NCBI GenBank assembly: GCA_034933205.1 | Contig: JAYFNY010000018.1 | Location: 30,394-94,393, forward strand | DNA length: 64,000 nucleotides | Reading direction: 5' to 3' | Source of the DNA: Eubacteriales bacterium | GTDB lineage: Bacteria > Bacillota > Clostridia > Christensenellales > CAG-138 | In this document: piece after piece, positions 38,297 to 47,751 of the stretch | How the letters are laid out: every line of letters begins with the position of its first letter | Numbering within the stretch: the stretch's first letter is position 1 | Notes under the pieces: generated by a model | Database searches by the model: none | The model's input: the letters and a program-made list of their open reading frames with translations, nothing else | Told to the model about the DNA's origin: nothing | Position numbers and translations under genes: made by a program

Positions 38297-38920
38297 TTAA
38301 AACTCCGGTTCGTAATGTTCCTCTACCGCGCGCCAAACGGCGCGGCGCAGGCAGATATCCCGTATGCGCAGCTTTGCGCAATATGCTTCAAACCCGAAGC
38401 GGCCGTATTTCGACGTGTCGATCGGGTCCGGATCGGTGACTTCAAGCGCGAGCGCGCCGTCGATGAGAAGAAATACATGCCCGTGAATACTTCCCATTTG
38501 AATGAAGTATTCCTGTCCGGGTGTAAAGGAAAAAAGCGGATTGGCTGCGTTGAGCTGATAATCGGGCGATTTTTCGAATCCGACCTTGCCGTGCCACCAG
38601 CCTTCCAGCCCGCCGACATAGGCGATATGCCGCGTGTTGGTTTCGTAATTCCAGCTGCCGTTCCACATGGCATTGATATCGTGGGTACAGGGCGACACCG
38701 TATTAGCCCGGAATTCCAGCAGGACGTCGCCGAAGAAATCCTCGCGCGAGATGATCATGCCGGGGCTGTTGTCACGGTTTTCGCCGTAAAGCCAGCCGTC
38801 CTCCACGTGCCAGCTTCCGCCGCGAACGTCGAAATCGCTCGCGAGCACTTCGGACGTCAGCGGCTTCTGCCAGAGAACGGGACATTGGTCAAGTAACAAT
38901 TCTTTTTTCAGTAATCGCAC
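38297..38920 (-). CDS. Hypothetical beta-sandwich protein (DUF1080/concanavalin-like, tentative)
   Basis: GTG after aaggag; GSWHVEDGWLYG, F.GDVLLEF, IDG.L.LE.TDPDP...GRFGF...LRIRDI. Confidence 0.6.
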   Translation of the reverse strand: MRLLKKELLLDQCPVLWQKPLTSEVLASDFDVRGGSWHVEDGWLYGENRDNSPGMIISREDFFGDVLLEFRANTVSPCTHDINAMWNGSWNYETNTRHIAYVGGLEGWWHGKVGFEKSPDYQLNAANPLFSFTPGQEYFIQMGSIHGHVFLLIDGALALEVTDPDPIDTSKYGRFGFEAYCAKLRIRDICLRRAVWRAVEEHYEPEF

Positions 38921-38955
38921 GGACGTACTCCTTTTTCGACGGGCGCATTTCCGAT

Positions 38956-40422
38956 TTACGGCATGCGCTGCACACGAATCATCGCATCGTAGAGCGCGAG
39001 GAACTGGCGGTGTTTGCGCTCGTATATGGCGTTCGGCTGCGGCTCGTAGGTGCGCGTGAGCCGAACGACCTGCTCGGACGCGTCCGCGAGGGAAGCATAA
39101 ACGCCTTGCGCCACCGCGCCGACCATAGCCGCGCCGAGCAGCGCCGCTTCCTTTTCTGCGGGGATGCACACGGGGATTTCGGTCACGTCCGCCTGCATCT
39201 GGCACCATACGGCGGATTTTGCGCCGCCGCCGGTGGCGATGATGCGCTCGACGGGCGCTCCGCTCTCCCGGATCCGGTCGCAGTTCTTTTTGAGCAGGTG
39301 ACAGACGCCTTCCATGACCGCGAGCGCGAGATCAAACGCATCGTGCCGACTGCGCAGGCCAAAGAACATACCGCAGGCGTCCAGGTCGAATTCCGGCGCA
39401 TTCGTGCCGACCAGATACGGTAAAAACAGAATCTCACCGGGACGCCGCGCTTCTGCCTGGCGGTCGATCTCTGCAAAATCCGTATCCGGCAGGAATGCGC
39501 GCTTGCACCATTCCAGACTGACGCCGCCGCTTTCGGCGGTCGGAAGCATGACGTAACTCTTCGGAAGGAAACCATAGTGCATGGGGATGCCGGTATCGCG
39601 CGGCGCATCTGCGGCGGCAAGCGTCGAGAGTCCGAGCACGGTTCCGGTCGAGAGGCTGAGAAGTCCCTCGCGGATATTTCCCGTGCCGATCATACCGCAA
39701 AAATGATCGAGCGTACCAAGGTTGACAAGAACTTTTTCCGGGACGCCGAGCGCTTGCGCAACGTTCGGAAGAAGCGGCCCCGCGTTTGCGCAGGGATCGG
39801 TCAGCGGAGGGAGGCGATCTTTCGAAACGCCGAGAAACGCCAGCATCTCCGGCCAGTAACGGCGTTGGTAAATGTCAAAGTAGAATGTGAAGGTTGCGAT
39901 CGAACAGTCGGCGGCGAGCAGCCCCGTCAGGCGGTAGACGATATAGTCCTTGAGCAAAACATAATGCGTTGCGGACAGGAACACTTCGGGGCGGTGCCGG
40001 CGAAGCCAGAGAATTTTCGTTGCGGGCCAGGTGGGCAGCGCAGCGGGCTGACCGGTACGTGCGTAGCACTCCTTCTTCGAAAAGGCCGATTCAAGCTCCG
40101 CGCATTCCTCCGTGGAACGCTCGTCCATCCACGAAACTGCATTCATCAGAGGCCTGCCGTCCCCGCCGAGCACAACAAGCGACTCCGCCTGTCCCGTGAG
40201 CGTGATGGAAACGAGGTCGCCTCGGTTTGCCGCGCCGGAGCCGAAAAGGGAGTGAATAAGCGAAAACAGGCTCTCGGTGTAAGCTTCCACGTCGAATTCC
40301 ACAAAACCGCCGGCGCGGATATATTCCACCGGAACGCTTTTCATGACGAGGCGGTTCATGTGTTCGTCGTAAAGCGCCGCCTTGGTATTGGTGCTTCCGA
40401 GGTCAATTGCGAGAAAAAGCAT
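38956..40422 (-). CDS. FGGY-family carbohydrate kinase
   Basis: LAIDLGSTNTKA, TGQ, W.D.RS, KILWLR, GTLDH, FLPYL.G, A.MEGV, TGGGAKS.VW.QMQADV. Confidence 0.9.
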   Translation of the reverse strand: MLFLAIDLGSTNTKAALYDEHMNRLVMKSVPVEYIRAGGFVEFDVEAYTESLFSLIHSLFGSGAANRGDLVSITLTGQAESLVVLGGDGRPLMNAVSWMDERSTEECAELESAFSKKECYARTGQPAALPTWPATKILWLRRHRPEVFLSATHYVLLKDYIVYRLTGLLAADCSIATFTFYFDIYQRRYWPEMLAFLGVSKDRLPPLTDPCANAGPLLPNVAQALGVPEKVLVNLGTLDHFCGMIGTGNIREGLLSLSTGTVLGLSTLAAADAPRDTGIPMHYGFLPKSYVMLPTAESGGVSLEWCKRAFLPDTDFAEIDRQAEARRPGEILFLPYLVGTNAPEFDLDACGMFFGLRSRHDAFDLALAVMEGVCHLLKKNCDRIRESGAPVERIIATGGGAKSAVWCQMQADVTEIPVCIPAEKEAALLGAAMVGAVAQGVYASLADASEQVVRLTRTYEPQPNAIYERKHRQFLALYDAMIRVQRMP

Positions 40423-41611
40423 GATTATCGTCCTCCAGTTGTTCGCCGCGCGATTGGACACGCGTGGCAAGGAACGAAAGTACGCCCGCGGCAAGCGCGG
40501 ATAGCGCGAGAAGCAGAAACGCCGCCCGCAGATCGATTTGCGCGGAAAGCACGCCCATCAACGCGGGAAACAACGCGCCGCCGAGGCCACAGCCGGCGCT
40601 CATGAGCCCCATTGCGCCCCCGGACGCTCCGGGATGCCGCCGTGCCGCGAGATCCATCAGGCTGGACCAGATGGGACCGAACGCAAAACCGATCAATGCG
40701 CAGGAAACCAGGGAAAGCACAGGCAGCCGCAACAGGGCAAGCGCTGTGAATAACGCGCCGGAGGCAAGCAGACAGAAAAGCAGCGAACGTTCCGGCCGGA
40801 ACGGTAAAACGCCAAACACGAATCGTGAAAGCGCCATGCTTGCCCAATAGGCCGAAATGGCGTAGGCGCCAAACGACGCCGCGTTTAGTTCCACCGAAAA
40901 CAGCGATTCGGTAAAGTATCCAAATCCGTTTTCCAGACCGACGTAAAGCAGAATCGAGCAGAAAAAGAGCGCGAAGGCAGGATCGGCAAAAAACCCGTGG
41001 ACGGGTTTTACAGCGGGTTCCTTTGCTGTTGCGCCGGAAGGAAATTGCGAAAATGCGAGCGGCAGAAACGCGATCAGCGCGCCGGCCGCAGCAATCGAAA
41101 ACACCGCGCGCCAGCTCCAGCCGAGCGTTTGTATACCGAACTGTGTCAACAGAGGGCTGGTTACCGCTCCAAGGCTCAGAGCGCCCTGTGAAAGGTTGAT
41201 CCAGCGTGCGCCGCGTTCCGGCGAGATATCCGACAGTGCGGCGGAGCCGGTCGTTTCACAGACGCTGTATCCCGCGCCGACGCAGAACACGCCCGCGGCA
41301 AAAACAAGAACGCTATGCGCGAGCGCGGAAAGCGCGCAGCCGAGCAGAAACACGAGGGAAAAGGAGAGGATAACCTTCTTCTTACCCACACGGTCGGAAA
41401 GCCGCCCGAAGAGCAGCGGCATGAGGATGACGCTCGCATACTGCGCCGCAACCAACAACCCGGCTCCGATGGTTCCGACGGAAAACTCGGCGGAAACGCT
41501 GCGAAGCACCAGCTGGAAGCCGCCCATTTCGAAGCCGACGAAAAACAGGACTCCCGAGAATGCGGGCAGCAGGGTAGGCGTATGGGGCTTAGACAAATTG
41601 CACTTCGACAC
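40403..41611 (-). CDS. MFS transporter
   Basis: About 12 TM segments; FGRLSDRVGKK motif A. Confidence 0.85.
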   Translation of the reverse strand: MSKCNLSKPHTPTLLPAFSGVLFFVGFEMGGFQLVLRSVSAEFSVGTIGAGLLVAAQYASVILMPLLFGRLSDRVGKKKVILSFSLVFLLGCALSALAHSVLVFAAGVFCVGAGYSVCETTGSAALSDISPERGARWINLSQGALSLGAVTSPLLTQFGIQTLGWSWRAVFSIAAAGALIAFLPLAFSQFPSGATAKEPAVKPVHGFFADPAFALFFCSILLYVGLENGFGYFTESLFSVELNAASFGAYAISAYWASMALSRFVFGVLPFRPERSLLFCLLASGALFTALALLRLPVLSLVSCALIGFAFGPIWSSLMDLAARRHPGASGGAMGLMSAGCGLGGALFPALMGVLSAQIDLRAAFLLLALSALAAGVLSFLATRVQSRGEQLEDDNHAFSRN

Positions 41612-42362
41612 CTTCGCCGGAAATCCTTTCTGTTAAAGCAGGGTCTGCGCCATGATCGGTGATCAGGATCGTACCGCTGCTGAGCGCGCTGATACGCGAG
41701 AAGCTCTCACGTCCGAGTTTCGTGCTGTCCGCAACCACAAGCGCCTTTTCCGCGCGTTCCATCATAATCCGGTCGATGACGCTCTCCTCGGCGTGATAGG
41801 TGGTTACGCCCGTTCCCGGGTTTACACCGTCTACGGAGAGAATTGCCCAGTTTGCGCGGTATCGGGAAATCTGCTCCTTTACGTCTTCACCATAGGTAAA
41901 CGAGTACTGCGCGCTGATGTCCCCGCCGAGCAGGATAACGCGGAACGTCGGAAGCCCGCCGAGCTCGACCGCAACGGAGATGGAATTCGTCACGACGTTG
42001 AGATTCTTTCGCTGTTTCAGCTCCACGGCGGTGAAATACGTCGTGGTTCCCGAGTTGATGAACAACGTATCGCCGTCCCTTACGAGGCGCGCAGCCGCGG
42101 AAGCAATCGCTTTTTTGAGTTCCATGTGCTCCTGTTTGCGGCGCTGAAACTCCAGATTATAGTAGTTTTTCATGGTCTGGATCGCGCCGCCCTGCGTGCG
42201 CTCCAGATAACCGTCCTGTTCGAGGGCGTCCAGATCGTTTCGAATGGTGACCACCGTCGCGCCGAGCGTGTCGCTCAACTGCGATACGCGCACCTGCCCG
42301 TCCCGCCGGAGGACCTCCAGAATCTTTTTCCTGCGCACGTCGATCTTCAGTTCCCCTGCCAT
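41589..42362 (-). CDS. DeoR/GlpR family regulator
   Basis: RRKKILE.L...G.V.VS.LS..L..T.VTIRNDL..LE; KKAIA; FINSGTT; VVTNS; VADSTK. Confidence 0.92.
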   Translation of the reverse strand: MAGELKIDVRRKKILEVLRRDGQVRVSQLSDTLGATVVTIRNDLDALEQDGYLERTQGGAIQTMKNYYNLEFQRRKQEHMELKKAIASAAARLVRDGDTLFINSGTTTYFTAVELKQRKNLNVVTNSISVAVELGGLPTFRVILLGGDISAQYSFTYGEDVKEQISRYRANWAILSVDGVNPGTGVTTYHAEESVIDRIMMERAEKALVVADSTKLGRESFSRISALSSGTILITDHGADPALTERISGEGVEVQFV

Positions 42363-42447
42363 GGTGCGGCGGCCTCCTTGTTATAAATGGGGTGATACCG
42401 AGTATGATACCATGTTCAGCCCCGGCGGTCACGCAAAAGGGGCTTTG

Positions 42448-43056
42448 TTACGGCGTTGTCGTATGATTGAGCCGTTCGCCGACCGCTCCGCCGGGGTGAA
42501 TAACGGCGAACTGTTCGCTCCGAAACCCCGTTACCTCGATGAGCGCCGCCTGCAGCGCGTCGAACAGAACGGAAAGAACGGTAAAACTTGTCGTACCCTG
42601 CGTGTTAAAGCGGTCGACCTCCTTGGTCACCCGCATCTGGAGCACGATATCCGCGCCTTTTGCTAACGGGGACTCGAGATTTTCGGTCACGGCGATGATT
42701 GTGACTTCCTTTTCTTTGCAGATTTTCAGGATCGGCAAAAGCTCCGCCGTTTTGCCTCCGCGCGAGGCGAGCAGCATAACGTCGCCTTTTTGCAGGAAAC
42801 CGGTCGCGCCATGGATCGCCTCCGCGGGGGAGATGAACCGTGCGGGCCGCTCGATACAGCACATCAGGTGCGCAAAGTGCTGGCAGCAGATGCCGGAATG
42901 CCCGCAGCCGCTCGATGCGATACGGGGCGCGTCTTTGAGTACGTTCACCGCGCGGAGAAAATCTTCCCGCCGGATTCCGTCAAACGCACGGGAAACGGCG
43001 TCCGCTTCGATTCTGTATGCCTCTTTGGCAACCTCCCAGACCGGATTCTCAGACAA
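42448..43056 (-). CDS. SIS-domain sugar-phosphate isomerase (KpsF/GutQ-like, no CBS)
   Basis: IEA.AV; SGCGHSG; FISPAEAIHGATG; SRGGKTAEL; SPLAK.AD; TTS...FDAL; FAVIHPGGAVG. Confidence 0.85.
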   Translation of the reverse strand: MSENPVWEVAKEAYRIEADAVSRAFDGIRREDFLRAVNVLKDAPRIASSGCGHSGICCQHFAHLMCCIERPARFISPAEAIHGATGFLQKGDVMLLASRGGKTAELLPILKICKEKEVTIIAVTENLESPLAKGADIVLQMRVTKEVDRFNTQGTTSFTVLSVLFDALQAALIEVTGFRSEQFAVIHPGGAVGERLNHTTTP

Positions 43057-43167
43057 ATCAAACACCTCCGCCGACTCGTGAAAATACGAATCGAAAATAT
43101 TGTTTTCCATAAACAGTATAAAACGACTGCAAAAAGAAATCAAGAACGAAATAAATAGAAAATAATA

Positions 43168-43196
43168 TTGACGAAACAGAAAATATAGAGTACTCT
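43168..43196 (+). promoter_or_regulatory. Promoter of TIM-like/yjbQ operon
   Basis: TTGACG-17-TACTCT in an AT-rich divergent intergenic region. Confidence 0.5.
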
Positions 43197-43267
43197 GAAA
43201 GCGTTCTGATGATCAAAGGCGAAAGTCTGGATCGGATTGGAAACGCGTGGGAGAGGAGAGCACTGAT

Positions 43268-43975
43268 TTGCTGAAAGGGTTTCAACTAAAACCGCCGTTC
43301 TTTGAGATCGGCCCGAAGTCGTATCTCTATGGCGACGACGTCGTTGCCTTGGCGCGCTATGCGGATGCGGCGGCAAAGAAATACGATGTGGACATTATTT
43401 TTACAACCCCGATTGTCGAGCTGAGGCGCGTTGCGGAGGCAACGCAACGGATCTTTGTGTTCGCGCCGCATATGGACCCCATTGTACCGGGCAGAGGGCT
43501 TGCGGATACGCTGCCGGAGTCGCTTGTGGCCGCCGGCGCGAGGGGAGTTATGCTGAACCACTGTGAAAAACCGCTCTCGCTTGCGGCGCTGACGCAGACG
43601 ATCCGCCGGGCGGACGAGGTGGGGCTTGCCACGATCGTTTGCACCGATACGACGGCGGAGTCCGCCGCGGTCGCCAAGCTGAAACCCAACATCATTGTTG
43701 CCGAGCCGACGGGGCTGATCGGCACGGGCCAAACGAGTGACATGGAATATGTCGCCGCGGCGATCCGCGCGGTCAAGGAAGTCGACCCGGATATCTTCGT
43801 GCTGCAGGGTGCGGGAATCAGCAATGGAGAGGACGTGTATCGCGTTATTCGCGCGGGCGCGGAGGCGACGGGCTCTTCGAGCGGCGTCGTCAAGGCGAAG
43901 GACCGCGCCGCGATGGTGGACGAGATGATCGGCGCCGTGCGCCGCGCGTGGGACGACCGCGCCGCCGGACGCTGA
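43268..43975 (+). CDS. Triosephosphate-isomerase-family protein (short archaeal-like type), copy 1
   Basis: GPKSY, GARGVMLNHCE, AEPTGLIGTG, QGAGI, SSGVVKA; TTG after gaggag. Confidence 0.85.
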   Translation: MLKGFQLKPPFFEIGPKSYLYGDDVVALARYADAAAKKYDVDIIFTTPIVELRRVAEATQRIFVFAPHMDPIVPGRGLADTLPESLVAAGARGVMLNHCEKPLSLAALTQTIRRADEVGLATIVCTDTTAESAAVAKLKPNIIVAEPTGLIGTGQTSDMEYVAAAIRAVKEVDPDIFVLQGAGISNGEDVYRVIRAGAEATGSSSGVVKAKDRAAMVDEMIGAVRRAWDDRAAGR

Positions 43976-44027
43976 CGAATTTTTTGGTGGATACAGTACC
44001 AAAAATCAATATACAGGAGGATGTTTT

Positions 44028-44648
44028 ATGGACTTTAAGGTATTTCAGAAAGAGATCGAACTGCAGTCACGCGGGTGGATTCCCACTTTTCACGACATTT
44101 CCAAAGAGGTCCTGGAGATCGTCGCCGCGTCCGGCATAAAGAACGGCACCTGCGCGATCGTTTCCCATCACACCACCTGCTCCGTAATGGTGCAGGAGTG
44201 CTCGCACGACCTTGATTCGTTTGACCTCGAGTATCTCCAGCACGATCTGCTGGACATCATGCGCAGGATGATTCCGGACTTTGCCGAGGAGCATCAGTAT
44301 CGCCATCCGGGTCCCATTCACGCGCAGTTTGGCCGCAACTGCGGCGAGCCGGGCAACTTTACGAGCATGAATACGGACGGACATCTGCGCAGCATATTCT
44401 TTGGCCGCAGCGAGACCGTCACCATTAAGGACGGCGTGCTGGATGCGGGTGAATTTGCGCATATCTACTTCGTCGACTGGGATCATGTTCGCGCCCGTCA
44501 CCGTCAGGTAAACGTCACCATCATGGGTACGGCGGACGATGTTGGCAGCCGCAAGTGGAACAACGGCGAAACGATCAATACGCTTCGTAAATTCACGGAC
44601 GAGGAAAAAGCCGTTATGCGTCAGTTCACGCTGCAGCAGGAGCGGTAA
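44028..44648 (+). CDS. YjbQ/UPF0047 family protein, copy 1
   Basis: FHDISKEV..IV.ASGIKNG...I.SHHTTCSV..QE, Y.H, DGHLRS..FG.SETV.I.DG.L..GEF..IYF.DWD..R.R. Confidence 0.85.
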   Translation: MDFKVFQKEIELQSRGWIPTFHDISKEVLEIVAASGIKNGTCAIVSHHTTCSVMVQECSHDLDSFDLEYLQHDLLDIMRRMIPDFAEEHQYRHPGPIHAQFGRNCGEPGNFTSMNTDGHLRSIFFGRSETVTIKDGVLDAGEFAHIYFVDWDHVRARHRQVNVTIMGTADDVGSRKWNNGETINTLRKFTDEEKAVMRQFTLQQER

Positions 44649-44759
44649 ACAACGGAACGACACCGAAAATTAACGAAAACGAAAGCAATAGCAAACGGGG
44701 TGGAAAGCGACGCGCAATCCGCCCCGTTTGGGCTTTTCTTGCCATTTTTAGATTCAAAA

Positions 44760-44850
44760 CGAAAATAGTTTCGTGATTAATCGTTGACGAGACCAGAAAA
44801 CACGGCTATATTTGCAGTGTCAAACCGGTCAACGGGCGAAAATAGTTTCG
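44760..44850 (+). promoter_or_regulatory. Promoter of sugar ABC operon bracketed by two identical 14 bp operators
   Basis: CGAAAATAGTTTCG at 44760 and 44837 flank TTGACG(44784)-17-TATATT(44807). Confidence 0.7.
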
Positions 44851-45100
44851 ATCATTTCAATACAACGACCGGTTGATACACGCTCTTTTCTGCAGAGCGC
44901 CGCCGTCCGACCCACAGGGCGGCAAGGACTAATTTTTACGCGGCAGATCGCCGCAGAAAACAAACGAAACCATTGCAACACGAAAAGATCGATTGCGCCG
45001 GGGCGACAGGCCTGCTTTGTTTACCCGGATGCGTTCGTCCCTTACGGCGGCGCCGAAGGGAAAAAACCGATACGTAACGTCTGGAGGAATCAGTCAGCCA

Positions 45101-46093
45101 ATGGAACGCAAACATACCGCAAGGCAACTTCTCGAAAAGTTTATCGATGTGCGCGAGGCGGGCGTACTGATGCCGCTGCTGCTTGCCATCATCCTGTTTA
45201 CGGCAAAGAGCGATAAGTTCCTTTCCGTGAGCAACATGACCAATGTCATGCGCACCGCGGCGTTCACCATTATCACATCCATCGGTCAGGCGTTCCTGAT
45301 CATTGCTGGAAGCTGGGATATTTCCGTCGGCGCGGTGTTCTCCGTCGGCGGCGTGGCGGCTGCGGCTCTGATGAGCTACTACAACGTGCCGATCTGGATC
45401 GCGGTTCTGGCCGCGCTGGTTATTGGCGGTCTGTTCGGCGTATTCAACGGCTTTCTTGTGCAGAAGATCAAACTGCCGCCGTTTATTGCGACGATGGGCA
45501 CCATGTATGCCGCGCGTGGTCTCTGCACCGGCTACACAAAGGGCGTTTCCGTTTATCCCCTTCCGGAGAAGTTCCTTGGTGTGGGGCAGGGCGGCATACC
45601 GATTGGCGGCTACGAACTGCCATACGTGATCGTGATTGCTCTTGTCATGGCGGTTATTGCAGGATTCGTGCTGCGCTATACGGCTTACGGTCGGCGGCTC
45701 TTCGCCGCCGGCGGAAACGGCGAGGCGGCGCGCCTTGCCGGAATCCCGACCGTAAGGATCCGCTTCTCGGCATTCGTGCTGACGGGCGTTCTCGCGGCGC
45801 TGACCGGCGTGCTGATGGCTTCCCGCGTTGGCAGCGCGCAGCCGAACATCGGCTCCGGCTTCGAAATGACCGTTGTTGCGGCCTGCGTGATCGGTGGTAT
45901 CAATATGGACGGCGGCGCAGGTTCGATCATCGGCGTTGTGATGGGTTCCTTCTTTATGGCGATGATCAGCAACGGCATGACGCTGATTAAGATCGACGCG
46001 TACTGGCAGCAGCTGGTGATCGGCCTTGTGCTCGTGTTTGCCTGCTCGCTGGAATACCTGAGAAACCGTATCCGCGCCAGCCTCAACCGCTAA
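45101..46093 (+). CDS. Monosaccharide ABC transporter permease (RbsC-like)
   Basis: DISVG, KLPPFIATMG, T.YGRRLFA.GGN.EAARLAGI, GFEM.VVAA.VIGG. Confidence 0.92.
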   Translation: MERKHTARQLLEKFIDVREAGVLMPLLLAIILFTAKSDKFLSVSNMTNVMRTAAFTIITSIGQAFLIIAGSWDISVGAVFSVGGVAAAALMSYYNVPIWIAVLAALVIGGLFGVFNGFLVQKIKLPPFIATMGTMYAARGLCTGYTKGVSVYPLPEKFLGVGQGGIPIGGYELPYVIVIALVMAVIAGFVLRYTAYGRRLFAAGGNGEAARLAGIPTVRIRFSAFVLTGVLAALTGVLMASRVGSAQPNIGSGFEMTVVAACVIGGINMDGGAGSIIGVVMGSFFMAMISNGMTLIKIDAYWQQLVIGLVLVFACSLEYLRNRIRASLNR

Positions 46094-46105
46094 GGAGGGC
46101 AGTCA

Positions 46106-47623
46106 ATGTCCAGAACAGTGCTCGAAATGATCGGGGTTACGAAGTCGTTTGGCGCGACGAAGGCCCTCAAACAGGTATCCATCGATCTGATGGACCATGA
46201 GATTCTCGCGATCTGCGGTGAAAACGGCGCGGGCAAGTCCACGCTCATGAAGGTGCTCAGCGGCAGTTACGACTGCGGCAGTTACGAGGGAGAAATCCGC
46301 ATTGACGGAAAACCCTGTGTTTTCCGAACCCCGGCGGATGCCTCCGCGGCGGGTATTGAGATGATCTATCAGGAGATCAGCGTTCATCTGGATCTGTCCG
46401 TTGCGGAAAATATATTCGTCGGCCGGGTTCCAACGAGGAACGGAATCGTCCAGTGGAAAAAGCTGCATGAGGATGCAAAGGTGTATGCGGAAATGGTCGG
46501 CCTTAAGGTGCCGGTTTCGACGCACCTGCGGGACCTGAGCGCTTCGCAGTGTCAGATGGTTTCCATTGCGCGGGCGCTGAGCCGCAATCCGAAGATTCTC
46601 GTGCTGGACGAACCGACCTCGCCGCTGACGGACGCGGAGGTGGAGGAGCTGTTTAAAATCCTCTTCCGCCTGCGGGAAAACGGGATTTCCTGCATCTATA
46701 TCAGCCATAAGATCAAGGAGATCAAGCAACTGGCCGATCGCGTCTGCATTCTGCGCGATGGCTGTCACGTTTGGACCAAACCCGCCGCCGACCTCAGCGT
46801 GGAGGAGATCGTGGAGGCGATGGTCAACCGAAAAATCGGAAACCTGTATCCAAAGGAGACGGTCCCCATCGGCGAAGAAGCGTTCTTTGTGAAAAATCTT
46901 CGCGTCAAGCATCCCTACAACCGCAAGAAATACATCGTGGACGGCGTGGACGTTTCCGTGCGCCGCGGTGAGATTCTCGGTCTGGTCGGTCTGGTGGGTT
47001 CGGGCCGTTCCGAAACGGTCAACGCGATTTTCGGCGCGATCGACGGCAGCTACGACGAGATGCGCATCGAAGGAAAGCCCGTCCGCATTGCCGATCCAAA
47101 GGACGCGATTCATAAGGGACTCGCGCTTTTAAGCGAGGATCGAAAGGTCAACGGGTTTGTTCCAACGCTCAATCTTGCCCGGAACATCACGCTTGCTCGG
47201 CTCGACAAGGTGTTTCACAGCGGCGTGCTCGACCGCGAAGCGGAGCGGAAGTACGGTCAGGAGTACATTGAGGAGCTGAGCATCAAAGCCAACAGCGAGC
47301 GGGATATGGTGACGAGCCTTTCCGGCGGAAACCAGCAGAAGGTTGTGCTGGCAAAGTGGCTGATGGCGGAACCGAAAGTACTGCTGCTCGACGAGCCGAC
47401 GCGGGGGATCGACGTAGGCGCGAAGGCGCAGATTTACCAGATTATGACGCGGCTTGTGCGCTCCGGCATGGCGATTGTCATGATTTCTTCGGAACTTACC
47501 GAGCTGGTCGGTATGTGCGATCGATACCTGCTGCTGGCGGACGGCAAGATCCGCGCGGAGCTTGGGCGCGAGGACGCGGATGAAGAGCGGTTTCTGCGCA
47601 TTTGTTCCGGATCGGACCGTTAG
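46106..47623 (+). CDS. Monosaccharide ABC transporter ATPase (RbsA/XylG-like)
   Basis: GENGAGKSTLMK, LDEPT, LSGGNQQKVVLAKWL, DEPTRGIDVGAK. Confidence 0.95.
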   Translation: MSRTVLEMIGVTKSFGATKALKQVSIDLMDHEILAICGENGAGKSTLMKVLSGSYDCGSYEGEIRIDGKPCVFRTPADASAAGIEMIYQEISVHLDLSVAENIFVGRVPTRNGIVQWKKLHEDAKVYAEMVGLKVPVSTHLRDLSASQCQMVSIARALSRNPKILVLDEPTSPLTDAEVEELFKILFRLRENGISCIYISHKIKEIKQLADRVCILRDGCHVWTKPAADLSVEEIVEAMVNRKIGNLYPKETVPIGEEAFFVKNLRVKHPYNRKKYIVDGVDVSVRRGEILGLVGLVGSGRSETVNAIFGAIDGSYDEMRIEGKPVRIADPKDAIHKGLALLSEDRKVNGFVPTLNLARNITLARLDKVFHSGVLDREAERKYGQEYIEELSIKANSERDMVTSLSGGNQQKVVLAKWLMAEPKVLLLDEPTRGIDVGAKAQIYQIMTRLVRSGMAIVMISSELTELVGMCDRYLLLADGKIRAELGREDADEERFLRICSGSDR

Positions 47624-47751
47624 GCCGGCACCCGGGAGGACTCGCTCGGTCAATTCTGTGGCTGAAAAAGAAAGCAGATCGGTATATCCATTCCGGATTG
47701 TGAGTGCTCTTACGAGCATAAACATAAAATAAGATAGGAGGATTCATCAAG

